From the NCBI GenBank assembly GCA_958009085.1, contig OY253670.1, positions 620,001-684,000 on the forward strand: DNA of 64,000 nucleotides. Reading direction: 5' to 3'. Positions 12,972-24,283 of this stretch are shown here, in pieces. A program made the translations under genes and the position numbers. Below the pieces are notes generated by a model, which was not told the origin of the DNA, ran no database searches, and was given only the letters and a program-made list of their open reading frames with translations. This DNA comes from Protoeuglena noctilucae. Its lineage: Eukaryota. Positions within the stretch are counted from its first letter, which is position 1. Every line of letters begins with the position of its first letter.

Positions 12972-14291
12972 CTATTGAAGCTGGAGCTCTATCACGGGCG
13001 CCGGGGCAGCGCCGAGGTTCTGCGAGCGGGAAGATGTGGCGGGGCGTGACTCAGGGCGCGGCCTCTCACGCCAACAGCACGCTCGACACAGCCGGCTGGC
13101 CGTCTCACCTGCGCCGCTGGGCCTTGCATTCGACCGGGGAGACTCTTCTCCTTTTCCGCGGCGGCGTTGAGCCACTCGTCGAACTCCTTGGCCGTCTTTT
13201 CCAGCTCCTGGCGGATGACCATCAGCCGCACCTGCTCCATCATGGTCTGCGGCCAGAAAGCGCTCCCCAAGTCGCCATCCCCCTCATCACCGTCCGCCCG
13301 ACGACAGCGAATCGAGCCCAAGGGCGCCCGTCTACTCACCTTGCGGTCAATCTCCCTCGACACCGCCTGCTTCTCCCGCCGCAGCCTCGTCTGAGCCTCC
13401 AGTATCTCCTCCAACTTACGCTGCAGTCGCTGACGCTCCGCTGGGGTCTGCATTACGCCGCAGGGGATTGCTGTTCCTTCAGATACTCCGGGTCTCGCTG
13501 CGGTGGCACAAACTTCGCCTCCCCACCTCGGCTTTGAGAAGCTCCGCCTCCACCAGGTTGAATCGCGCGTCAAAGCGGCTTTCGATCTCCGCCACTCGCT
13601 GATCGAGCGTGGTCTTGCGCTCCGTCGCTGCCGCCTGCGCATTGCAAGGGATGGCGGTCGCGCGACTGCCCGAGACGCCGCCGGCAGACCAATTCCGGCC
13701 ATGAACGTCACATCAGAGACAAACGCGGCGCCGACGCTCCAGAGAAACTGCCTCTCGAGGCTGCGAGCCGACGTCACCTTCGTCACCGTGATGCGCTGGA
13801 CAATCTTGCCGTCCAGGATTGCTTTCTGCGGGCGCGACACTCAGCGGTTATGTAACAAGCGACCGGGGGCGCGCCGACGGGCTCACGGCGCTCCTCGACG
13901 CCCCGGCAGGGACATGTGCAGGACCCCATGCTCCGCAGCCCCTGACCAAAGGAGCTGGTGAGGCCCGCTCACCTCCGACACGATTTCCTGCCTGATGTCC
14001 TCGATCTCCGTCTCGATGTCCGTCAAGGCGTCCTGGGAGCGGGCAGGGATGACGTTGTTGGAGGCCGTTTGTGGCCGCAAACTGCGAGCGCGCTCCGATG
14101 TGGCCTCGGGCTGGACGTCTGAGCTCTCCCTGCGTTCTCACCGCTTTCGCGATGTGGATGGCGGACAGCAGGCCGACTACACTGACAAGGACTGCGCGCA
14201 CTGCTGGCCGCACAAGAGCCGCGCCGCACGCGACGGCTCGACTGTCGCGAGTTCGCGCCCGAGCGCAGGAGCAGCGGATAGCGCTGGCCAT
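12972..14291 (-). CDS. Hypothetical protein with N-terminal hydrophobic anchor and coiled coil
   Basis: About six phase-0 exons joined by GT-AG introns (AVLVSVVGLLSAIHIAKA / DALTDIETEIEDIRQEIVSE / KAILDG / AAATERK...LLKAE / TPAERQ / TMMEQ); no recognised family. Confidence 0.6.
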
Positions 14292-14622
14292 GTCCTAGGA
14301 GCCGCTGCTTAGCCCCGATGACCCGATTCTCTCCACCCCTGGGCACTCTGGGCGAGGCGGAGCGGGCAGTTAGGCGTGAGTCGCGAGTGGAAGGGGTCAC
14401 ACGCAACACTCGCGCTGCCGAGGACGCTGGGAGACCCCATGTCACTCACTGCGCGCGCTCCGTTCTGGCGCCGGGTGTCGCTGGTGCGGGGCAGCTCTAA
14501 AAGGACTCGCCACGTGTCCCCCGGGGACCAGTGATCCTCGCTGCTTCCTGCCTTTGTGCCGGGATACATCTGGGCGTTCTTGGGAGTTTGAGCCAGTCTT
14601 AGCGGGACCGGAAGTGCAGCCG

Positions 14623-15619
14623 ATGTTTCGTGCGCGGAGCACGCGAAACACATCTTTGCGTAAGAGACCCGCAGAAGAAGAGGAGGAGGCAGAGGACGCA
14701 TCCCCTGGCCCCAGCCAGGGACAGGAGGGGGCGGAGGAAGAGGCGGAGGATGGGTGAGCGTTGCTTGGTGCCCTCAGCGGTTTCTGAGAGAGTCAAGAAG
14801 ACGTTGGGAGGCGCCAGGAGGGCAACGCCGCTCCAACGAGCTCGACGTCGTGGCTTCCTGCGCAGGTCCCTGGCCGAGAGGATTGCCTTGGCCCGAGCCG
14901 CGCAGCGAGTGCGTGCCAGGAAGGCGGGGTTGAATGCCGAGGAGATGTTACATAAGCAGGAGGCGGGGGGGGGATCCAAGGAGGAGGACGCGCCCGCGGA
15001 AGACCCCGGGAAGCGAAAGTACGGGTTGCAGCACCGAGACAAGAAGTCCAAGGCGGACGACGTGTATCAAGACCGGATGCATGAATATATCGAACAAGAG
15101 GTGGCGAAGCTGCGGGTGAGTCCTCGCACGGGGTCCCGGGGCCCCTTGGCCGCGCTCGGGCGCTCGGCAGAGGCGGTCAACGAACGCATGCCTGCCTGCG
15201 CGCTTGCCAGGGCGAGGAGCCCAGGCCCGATCCAGAGGTGGAGAAGGAAAGAGAGATGGCGGAGCTCATGCAGATCCCAGAGCACTTGAAGGGCCAGCAG
15301 ACGGCCCTGCCCACCATCCCCGGGCAGTGGACCAGTGCCATGCAGGAGGTCGCGATATCCAAGGAGGACCGCATCAAGGCGAGCTCGGGCGGGTAGTTCC
15401 CTGTGCCGACACCCCGGACCCGGGGCTCGCATCACATGGTGCCTCGCGCCTGTGCAGGTGATTGAGCGGACCGAGGCAGCCAAGAAGGACCTGCTGGGCC
15501 GGGCGAAGCTCCTTGGGGTGCCCGACGATGACGTGCGGAGAGAGGAGCTTCGGGTCAGCAGGAGGGCGTTGCCACTGGAGTTTGGCAAGAAAGCGCGGCG
15601 GGGACGGGGCCAGGGTTGA
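14623..15619 (+). CDS. C9orf78: C9orf78/Hep_59 (Tls1/CSU2-like) splicing-associated factor
   Basis: MHEYIEQEVAKLR...LMQIPEHLK...WTSAMQEVAISKEDRIK|VIERTEAAK pattern; GC-AG intron 15379-15457. Confidence 0.8.
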
Positions 15620-15803
15620 CGAGGGATGACCGATGTGCCCTGATCCCGCGACAGCAGCTGTGTCGTATCGCGTAACGACGGAGAGTTTCAAAGTCGGCGG
15701 CGGACACGGGGCTAGCCACAATGCATCCTGACGCTAGCCCCTCAACTCGCCCCCGAGGCCCGCACCGGCCGTCTCCTTACTGCGTGAAGAAGGCGCGGGG
15801 AGT

Positions 15804-16746
15804 TCATAGGACCTGCGGGACACGGGCAAGCAGTACTTATGCAAGTCAAGGCAGCGCGAGCCGCGGCACGCACCGTCCGGGGCTTCTCCTTCTTCCCCCG
15901 GAAGAGGGCCAGGAGCGAGGTACCCGCGACCTTGACCACCTGCGGAGGAGGACAAGACAGCTCCGTGTGACCGGGAAGGGGGGCGGACGGCGGACAGGCG
16001 GGGGCGGGTGGGCCGCTCGTCACCTTGAAGCGGCACCCGGGGATATCACCCTTGGAGTGCCCCGACCGGCCGAACCCAGCGACGAGGACCTCGTCGTTCT
16101 CCTCGATGAAGTTCAGGCAGCCGTCGTTGGGGACGAACGCCGTGATCTTCTTCCCGTTCTTGATGAGCTGCACACGGGCCGCCTTGCGAATGGCAGAGTT
16201 GGGCTGCTTGGCCTCCAGACCCCTGCGGGCACCGAGCGGTCCGGCACGTCCCCCAGGGCCCGCGGGAGCAGGCGTGGGCCGCCGCCGCCGGCCGGGCGCG
16301 ATGGAAACGCCTCCAGGGCAGCCTGAAGCAGGGGCCGGCGTCCGAGCGCGGGGGAGGCTCCCCGCCTCCGCGCCTCGCACGCGGGAGTCGGGAATGTTAC
16401 TCACAGCTTCTCCAGCACGATCCCCTTGGCGTGAGAGGCGCAGGCGAAGGGCTTCTTCCACTCATTGCCGAGGTGGGCCTTCTTGTACCCCTTGTCCGCC
16501 CACACGTTCTCCCTGCGCAAGATGCGCAGCTTGCGCGCCGCGCCGATGCCGCGCGTCTTCCTGGGAGCGGGGAGGGGCGGGACGCGTGAGCGAGGCGAAA
16601 GCGGAGCCAGCCCGCGCGGCAGAGAGGCGTCGGAGGGACTAACAAAGGCGTGGCCCATCATACGGCGGCGCTCGCGGCGAGGCCGGGCGCGTGGGAAGCA
16701 CCGAGCGGTCCCCGTCGCGCGGCTGCCGCGGCGTCACGCACCCCAT
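15804..16746 (-). CDS. RPS23: 40S ribosomal protein S23 (uS12)
   Basis: MGKTRG...[23 protein letters not shown]...[18 protein letters not shown]...KKEKPR; 4 coding introns. Confidence 0.98.
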
Positions 16747-17027
16747 GGTTGCTCGTGCCGAAGAAAGAAAGGGAGGGCCGGGCGGCTGCCGCGGCGCCGA
16801 TCGGGGAGGAGCAGCCGTTTCCTGGCGAGGGCTTACCGAGCCAGAGCTCGGTTCGTGCGATCCCGTCACATCTCGGGCGCGACGTCGAGCGGTAGTCAGT
16901 TGCATGCTATATCTGCCACTGTGCGAGCATTTACTTTCTCCCTCACCCACTCCAGCGCCGAATCAGCCCTAGCCCTCCGCACCGGCTGAGGGGCCCCTTC
17001 CCCGTCGATATCCAGTAACCTGGAGCA

Positions 17028-18587
17028 ATGAGGGCAGCGTTGACTCCGCAGCGCGGCCTGCAGGCGCCTCCTTCGGGTGATTTCTGCGAGCTCCTCGCCG
17101 CCACACATGGCACGCGAATGGTGGGACGCGCCCGAGAGAGCCCCCTGCGCCACACTCCTCTCATCGCCGCTACATCCGCTCATCCTCTTCGCAGGGCGCC
17201 GTCTCGCGCCAACCAAGGCGGCCTCGAGCACCGCATCGGCCAAGCCCGTGGCTGTGGCTAAGGAAGAGGTGGAGCTCGGCAAGAGTGGCCTCATGGTCAG
17301 CAGCGTGGGGATTGGAGCGTGGTCCTGGGGAGATCGGTCGTTGTACTGGGATGCCCAGGGCGCCGGCTTCGGCAAGGAGGGGGCGGCTGAGGCCTTCCAA
17401 GCATGCCTGGAGCTCGGCGCCACCTTCATCGACACGGCCGAGGCGAGATGCGCGAGCCACTCCCACGCAAAGCCCCTTTCCATGCAGAGGCGCTCGCCTG
17501 GCGTCAGCTGGCCTTATTACGTCCACTACGCGGCCTGACAGACCTTCTCCATCAGCGACGCTGAAGGCCGCCGCAGGTCTACGGCTTTGAGCTGAGCGAG
17601 AAGTACCTGGGGGAGTTCATGCGCGACGCCGACACGCGGCCCGTCATCGCCACCAAGTTCGCCCCCCTGCCGTGGCGCCAGACGCCGGAGTCGCTTGTGG
17701 ATGCCTGCAAGGTACGTCGGGCACACGTCGCACATCGCCGCTTGCCTGCCGCCTGCAGCCTTCTCCATCCTCAAGGGGTCGAGTGGTTGATCCTGCCACC
17801 CTGCGTCTTCGTTCCTGACGCAGGCATCGCTGGGCCGCCTGGGTCTCGACTCCTGTGGGCTGTACATGCAGCACTGGCCCGGCTTCTTCCTCAATGCGTT
17901 CAGCAACGACGCGTTCCTGGAGGGGCTGGTGCGGTGCCGACAGCAGGGCCTGTGCCAGGCCGTGGGCGTATCAAACTTCAACGCCCAGCGCCTTCGGGCC
18001 GCCCACCGGCGCTTGGCACAGGACGGCGTGCCGCTGGCGAGCAACCAAGTCCAGTACAGCCTCGTTTATCGAGGGCCCGAGCGTAACGGGGTGCTCGAGA
18101 CGTGCCGAGAGCTCGGCGTCACGCTCGTCGCGTACTCGCCACTAGGTACCTGCTATTAGATGGCAACTTCCCCTTCGGCCCCACCACTCGTGTCACCGTT
18201 CCACCCTCACATCTCACCCCTCACCCCTTCTTTCTCATCGCAGCGCAGGGCCTGCTGACGGGCAAGTACACGCGGCCCGGGGCGGAGCTCCCGAAGGGGC
18301 CCCGGGGGGCGACCTTCGCGTCGCGAACGGACCGGGCTCGGCCGCTGGTGGAGCTCCTGCGCGAGCTGGGCGAGCAGCACGGCGGCAAGACGCCGGCGCA
18401 GGTGGCGATCAACTGGTGCCTGTGCAAGGGCGTGGTGCCCATCCCTGGGGCGAAGAACCGGGCCCAGGTGGAGGAGGCGGCTGGGGCGATGGGGTGGAGA
18501 CTGAAGGCCGAGGAGGTGGACGCTCTGGACGAGGCCAGTGCCCCGATCGCGCAGCTGTATCCCAACGCGCCATTTGAAAACTGGTAA
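17028..18587 (+). CDS. Aldo-keto reductase (pyridoxal-reductase-like, probable plastid transit peptide)
   Basis: GIGAWSWGD, FIDTAE|VYG across GC-AG intron 17443-17576, IATKF, AVGVSNF, NQVQYSL, AYSPL, PIPGAKN. Confidence 0.95.
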
Positions 18588-18832
18588 GAGGCCCTCGGCC
18601 CCGCCAACCTGGCCGCCATCTCCACGGCCTGACCCGCGGTCGTGGACCGCGTGACGACACTGTGAAGGCTTCGGTTGCCTGCTCTGGCAGGGAGGTTAGG
18701 TTTTTCCACTTTTCTCGCGTTGAGAATCGTTGAAAGTCGTCATCTGCGGCTAGAAAAGTCGTCCCTTTAGCTTGCTCTCTTGCCTCCCATCGAAAGTGGC
18801 GCAGAGGGGCGCGGGGGTCAACATCTGTAACC

Positions 18833-19942
18833 ATGCGGCGGGGCGTAGTCGCCCTCGCGGCCGTGCTCCTGGGCGTGGGCGTCGCCCAGGCGGCCGTCGA
18901 TCCTAACGTGCAGCAGTGGATCACTGATTCGGACGTGGCCGTGCCGAACGACCCGTACCGTGGCACTGTCAACATCCCAGGTGTGTCCTGCGGGCCTCTC
19001 CGCCGGCTACATTGCAGCCAAGTAGCGTATCTTTTCCAATGTCCGCGGGGTTGGGCGGCTGCGGCGTGCTCCCGACCGCCTCGGCCCGTTGACCGGCCTT
19101 GCGCGGCGCTGGGAGCACGCGCGCGTGGATTAGCGAGCGCTCGAGGGCGTTATTTCTGTAACAAAGGCGGCCGAGGGGTCAGAGCGCCTCCAGACGTTCG
19201 CGCATGGCTCGGGTCGGTCGTGGGAAGGTCGGCCCAAACCGACGCTCGCCGCGCCAAGCAGGACCTTGCCGGGACTCGCTGCACCCACGGCAACGCTCCT
19301 GACCTCTCACCTGTCCTCCCGGATGCAGGCAACGGGTGCCTCTCGCCCAAGGAGATCGCGTACAGCAAAGCCGTTCTGCTCCCTGGGCACGACGCCCCCA
19401 TCCCCACGACCACGGACCACTCCACCATCGAGGTGGGTCGCATGCTTCCTCCCGTCGCTCGGAGCCTCGGCGCTGGACGCAGGCAGCGCGGCCCGCGGCC
19501 GCGAGCTGCGTCGGATGCATCAGCAGGTTTCCACCTGCGGCCCTCGCTCCCTCTGCAGAACTGCATCGTGGCCCTCTTCTACAAGGAACTGAAGAAGGTT
19601 TACAAGTGAGTGCCACGCGCGCGGATCGGGAGAACGCTCCAGCGCCGCGCGCAGCCCCCACGGCCTTGGCGCAACGAACAAGCTTCTGCCTCCACCCCTC
19701 TCTCGCAGCGCATCGGGCACGGACCCCGGGCCGCAGCTGGTGAGCGCTGCTTCTGAACTCATGAAACCGGGTGCGGCGCCGCAGTGGGCTGGCGGTCGCT
19801 AATGGGCCCCAACTGTGCCCCGTCCTCCCAGTGCCCGTCCGACTTTGACGGTGTCCCGTGGTCGTTCGTCACCGACACCATCGCCATGTTCCGGCCCCAG
19901 TGCACGGACAGCCCCGCCCAGTTCGTGTACGCCTTCACGTAA
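18833..19942 (+). CDS. Small secreted protein of unknown function (about 150 aa, 4 Cys)
   Basis: Signal peptide MRRGVVALAAVLLGVGVAQA; five exons joined by phase-consistent GT-AG introns, ending FVYAFT*. Confidence 0.7.
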
Positions 19943-20124
19943 AGTTGCTGCTCCCTTCGCAATCCAAGGCACACGCGCCCAGGAATGACCCCTCCCTCCC
20001 CCAGCGGCAACAGAGCTGCATTTGCTTCCGGACGGAAGGCGCCGCGATTCAGTCGCAGCGCGCAAACGCCCTCCCATACACTACTTGTGTTCCCTTTAAA
20101 ACGTCGCTTGAAACGCCCGTGGCT

Positions 20125-22640
20125 CTACACCTCCAGAAGGAGCCTGCAAGACAGGGAGAACTGAGAACGTCAGTCAGGGTGCCCATGTGCCCCGCCAACT
20201 GCGCCCCATCTCGCAAGGTCCCGGACCTTCAAGGGAGCACCGGCCGCGCATGGGCCATTCCATCCGCGCGCCCCCGCCACCTGTGTGACAGGGCGCCATC
20301 GCAGGCGTCACCTGACGGGGTCCTCGATGACTTCCTTGACGCGCTTGAGGAAGGTGACGGCCTCGCGCCCGTCCACGAGCCGGTGGTCGTACGTCAGCGC
20401 CAGGTACATCATGGGCCGCGGCACGATGGCACCCCCAATGACGACGGGGCGCTGGTTGATGGAGTGCATGCCCATGATGGCGGACTGCGGGCGTCAGCGG
20501 AGCGCTGGTCGCGTCGTGACGAGACCGGGCGCGACGGGACCCATACTTGGGCGCCTCGCTGCCCGCTGGCAAGGGCACCTGGGGCGGGTTGATGATGGGC
20601 GTCGACAGCATGGACCCGAACACGCCGCCGTTGGAGATCGTGAAGGTGCCCCCTGCCATCTCATCGATGGAAAGCGTCCCGTCCCGCGCCTTGACCCCCA
20701 ACGCACCCATCGCCTTCTCGATCTCGGCAAACTTCATGTTGTCCACGCTGCGGATCACCGGGACGACGAGTCCCTGCGCGCGGCGGAACGAGGAGCACGC
20801 AATGAAGCAGGGCCAGGGTGGCGGTGTGACGGCGTGCTTGCATCCCGCATGGCTGCCTCGTGCTTGCCGTCGCCCAAGGCCTTTCACATGTACGTTACAC
20901 CCACCTTGGGCGTGGCCACGGCCACGGACACGTCGTTGTAGTCCCGGTAAACGATCTCGTCTCCGTCAATGACGGCGTTGACGGCGGGGACGTGCTTGAG
21001 CGCGTCCGAGGCAGCCGCCACAAAGGCCGACATGAAGCCCAGCTTGACCCTGCGACAGGGCACAGTTCCCAGTTCCCAGTCGATTGTCCCCACCCGCCCG
21101 CCGACAGCCCTTGCCACGATGCGAGGGCAGCGCCGGCGCCCTAACGCCCTCAGTCGCCAGCCCCAAGCCCACCCACCCGTGCTTCTCCTGGAAGGCGTCC
21201 TTGTACTTGTTGCGCATGTCCATCAGAGCGGTCATGTCCACCTCGTTGAACGTCGTGAGCATCGCGTACGTGTTCTGGGCACCCTTCAGGCGCTCCGCCA
21301 CGCGCATCCGCAGCCGGGTCATCTTCACCCGGCGCTCGACCCTGCCGGCCGCCGCGGGTGCAGGGCTGGGCGCCGACGCCGCGGCCGCCGGCCCCGGTGC
21401 CCCCGCCGGCTTCTCTCCCCCGAACGGCTTGGTGGCCCCTGCCCTCGCGGGCTCCCCCGATGGCGCTGCCGGCTGGGCTGCTGGCTGGGCACCGGAAGCC
21501 TTCTCCGCCGCCGGCTTGTCCTTCGCCTGGCCCTTCTTCTCCGCCTGCACGCACCGAGACCTTGCCGACACATCACCCGCCCTGGGCCGTGTGGTGGGTC
21601 ACCAACAGACCCGCACCAATCGTTCAGGCTCCGGCAACGTAGCAGCACGGCTATCAGAGCGCGCGGTTAGGGCACCTTGGGCTCCTTGGGCTTGGCCTCT
21701 GCCCCGTCGACGCCCTCCGTCGACACGTGGCAGACGGCCTGGCCGACCGTCACGGAGTCCCCGGCCTTCACGAGCATCTCGGTGATCCGGGCGGGCGGCC
21801 CCGAGTACTTGACGTCGATCGTGACCTTGTCCGTCTCGACCTGGGCCACGATGTCTCCGTCCTGCACCACATCACCCACTTTGAAAGGCACCTCCGCAAT
21901 GCCACCCTCGGAAATGGACTCTCCCATCGACGGCACCACCACCTGCGACAGCGGGAGGATGTCAGCGGTGTCCCTCGCGTGCGCGCACCGTCTCGCGTCG
22001 CGACAAACTTCTCCATAGCCTGCACCGCTTTGCAAAGGAGCCACACCTTCTCCATCGGCGTCGCCGACGCCCGGATCCATCGCGGCGTCACGCGCCCACC
22101 GGCGAAGCCAGGGAATCGCGGGTCGACAAGACCCCAGGAGGGCGCGGCAGCTGCGAGCGCGCGAGTGCACGAGGTTGACGAGGGTCCACAGCGCGGCCCC
22201 TGGTCGACACGCTCGCCGCGGCCCCCACCTTGCGCAGCTGAAAGGAGTTGCGGCAAGTGCCTGCTCTCGCAGCCGGCGACAAGGCCCTGCAGGCCACGCG
22301 ATGCGATGCGGGGTCAGGCCATCTCAGGTTGTCGCTAGTTAAGGCGCTAGTTCCGTGCGCCGACCATGCCAGCGCGCGTGTGGCCCGCCGCAGGAAGTGC
22401 ATTGTGCACGCTCGCAGCTGGCGTGCCCTCGGCCCCGCAGTCCGCGCCCACGCGCAAGAGGGTGGCCGTTTCGCGGACAGCGGGTGTACCCGTCCCACGC
22501 GTGCTCTCCAATGGCGACCGCCGCCGGGAGATGAGCCCATCGACAGGCTGGTCGATATGACACGCCGAGAGGAGGGCGGGGCTCACCTGCAAGCCCGCCA
22601 GGCGCGGCAGGTGCCGCGCCAGGAGTCGTGCCCTGCTCAT
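20125..22640 (-). CDS. DLST: 2-oxoglutarate dehydrogenase E2 (dihydrolipoyl succinyltransferase), mitochondrial
   Basis: Lipoyl domain VPSMGES...[65 protein letters not shown]; presequence [14 protein letters not shown]. Confidence 0.97.
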
Positions 22641-22870
22641 CGCTCGCCGATCTCCCCCAGACGCCCAGCCATGCACAATTGCGCGACGATGGCACGGAAC
22701 CCGCGCGTTTGGCCGCGCAGCGCGTCCGCCTGGCGCCAGTCTCGATAGGGCAAATCATCTGCCTCAAGCTCTTCCTTGCCGCCGGTGCCTCCGTCCTCTA
22801 ACTCGTACGCGCCGCGCGCACGTCGAGACGCGGCCACGCGAGCGTCCTCTCCCTCTGGGGAAGAGAACCC

Positions 22871-24072
22871 ATGCGACGCGGCGTCCTACATGCGGCCATG
22901 AGGGCCGCGACGGAGTCTTTGGAGAGATTCGGGCTTGCGCACGCGACGGGGAGCGCGACGCCGCGGTGGCTCTCGTCCCTGGGGGCCTCGACGTCGACGT
23001 CATGCGCTTGGGCTGGCCGGGGAAGGGAGGGGTGCGGCGTTGTTGTCACCCCCGCGCCCTCTGGCCCGCGACACATGGGAGGTCTCCATAGGTTTATGCG
23101 GGCCTCAGCGCCGTCCTGGTCTCCACAGCAGGTGGGCGCAGGGCCTGCGGCAGAAATCGGCCGAGGGCGCGATTGCCGTGTCTGATGAGCAGGCGGGCGT
23201 CATTTCCCGCGGCTAATGACCGCAGGTTTCCCTACAAACGCTCCACGAGCGCCTGGACGAGTGCTCTGACGACAACGGGGGTCCGCTGTCGCACGAAGAT
23301 GTGGCCGAGGTCCTGCGCACGTGAGGACGAAGGCGCGAGGCGGGCATCCGTGGCGTGTCTTCTGACGGCGCTCACTCCTCCTCCGCGCCTCGCCCCGCAG
23401 CAACGGCGTGAAGGCGGACCACGTCGCGGGGACCATCAAGGAGCTGGAGGGCTCGCATCGCATCCTCCGTTTGCGCAACCAGTTCTACACGCGCCCGGAC
23501 ATCATCGCCGGGCTCGTCCGCGAGATTTTGCCAGAGGGAAACGTGCCGCTGGACCGCTTGGAGGCCCAGATTCACGAGCTGGAGCGGGAGTCGACCGACC
23601 TGGACCGTCGCCTGCGAGTGATCGAGGCGAGCTTTGCAACGCCATGACGTGGCTTGCTCGTCGGCGATGCGCCGCGTCGACGGTTCGTGCTGACTCACTG
23701 CCCCTCCCACCCTTCGCATCAACGCAGGAGAAGGCAGACAAGCGTGCCAGGCTGGTGTGCTGGGCGGGGCTGGGCGGCCTGGTCTTGCAGCTGGCCGTCT
23801 TCTACCGCCTCACCTACTACGAACTGTCGTGGGATTTGATGGAGCCCGTGTCGTATCTGTACGGTGTCGGCGTGCAGGCTCTCGTGCTCCTGTATTTCGT
23901 GGTCAGCGGAAAGGACCTGTCCTATGAGGGGGTGCATGCGTGGATATCGCGGCTCTTTACGCGCAAGATGATGGCGGCTGAGGGCATCAGCCGGGAGGCG
24001 TACGAGCAGATCGTCGTCACGCTGGCCAAGCACCGCCACCGCCTGCAGCTGGCGCGGAAGCTGCGGGGTTGA
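22871..24072 (+). CDS. MCU: Mitochondrial calcium uniporter
   Basis: Two TM helices flanking the YYELSWDLMEPVSY pore motif, a preceding coiled coil and an Arg-rich presequence; GC-AG intron 23627-23727. Confidence 0.93.
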
Positions 24073-24283
24073 TTGTGATTGAATCGCCATCGCTGACGGT
24101 GTCTGACGGCCCAGCGCTCAAGCCTACGTTACGGCGTCGCGTGGAGCTGCGCGGGATCGGCTGAGCTGCGTAGGGCTGGCGGAAAGGGCTATGGGCTCTG
24201 GTCTGGTGCAGGACGGGCACAAATGCGCGTCCAGGAAACAGCAGGCGTAAAACAACAAGTGTCCGAGAGGGAAGGCAGGTCGC

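Noticed and set aside
23255..23315. EF-hand-like SDDNGGPLSHED in the MCU N-terminal region
   Set aside because: Lacks canonical ligands at positions 1, 5 and 12; too degenerate to call
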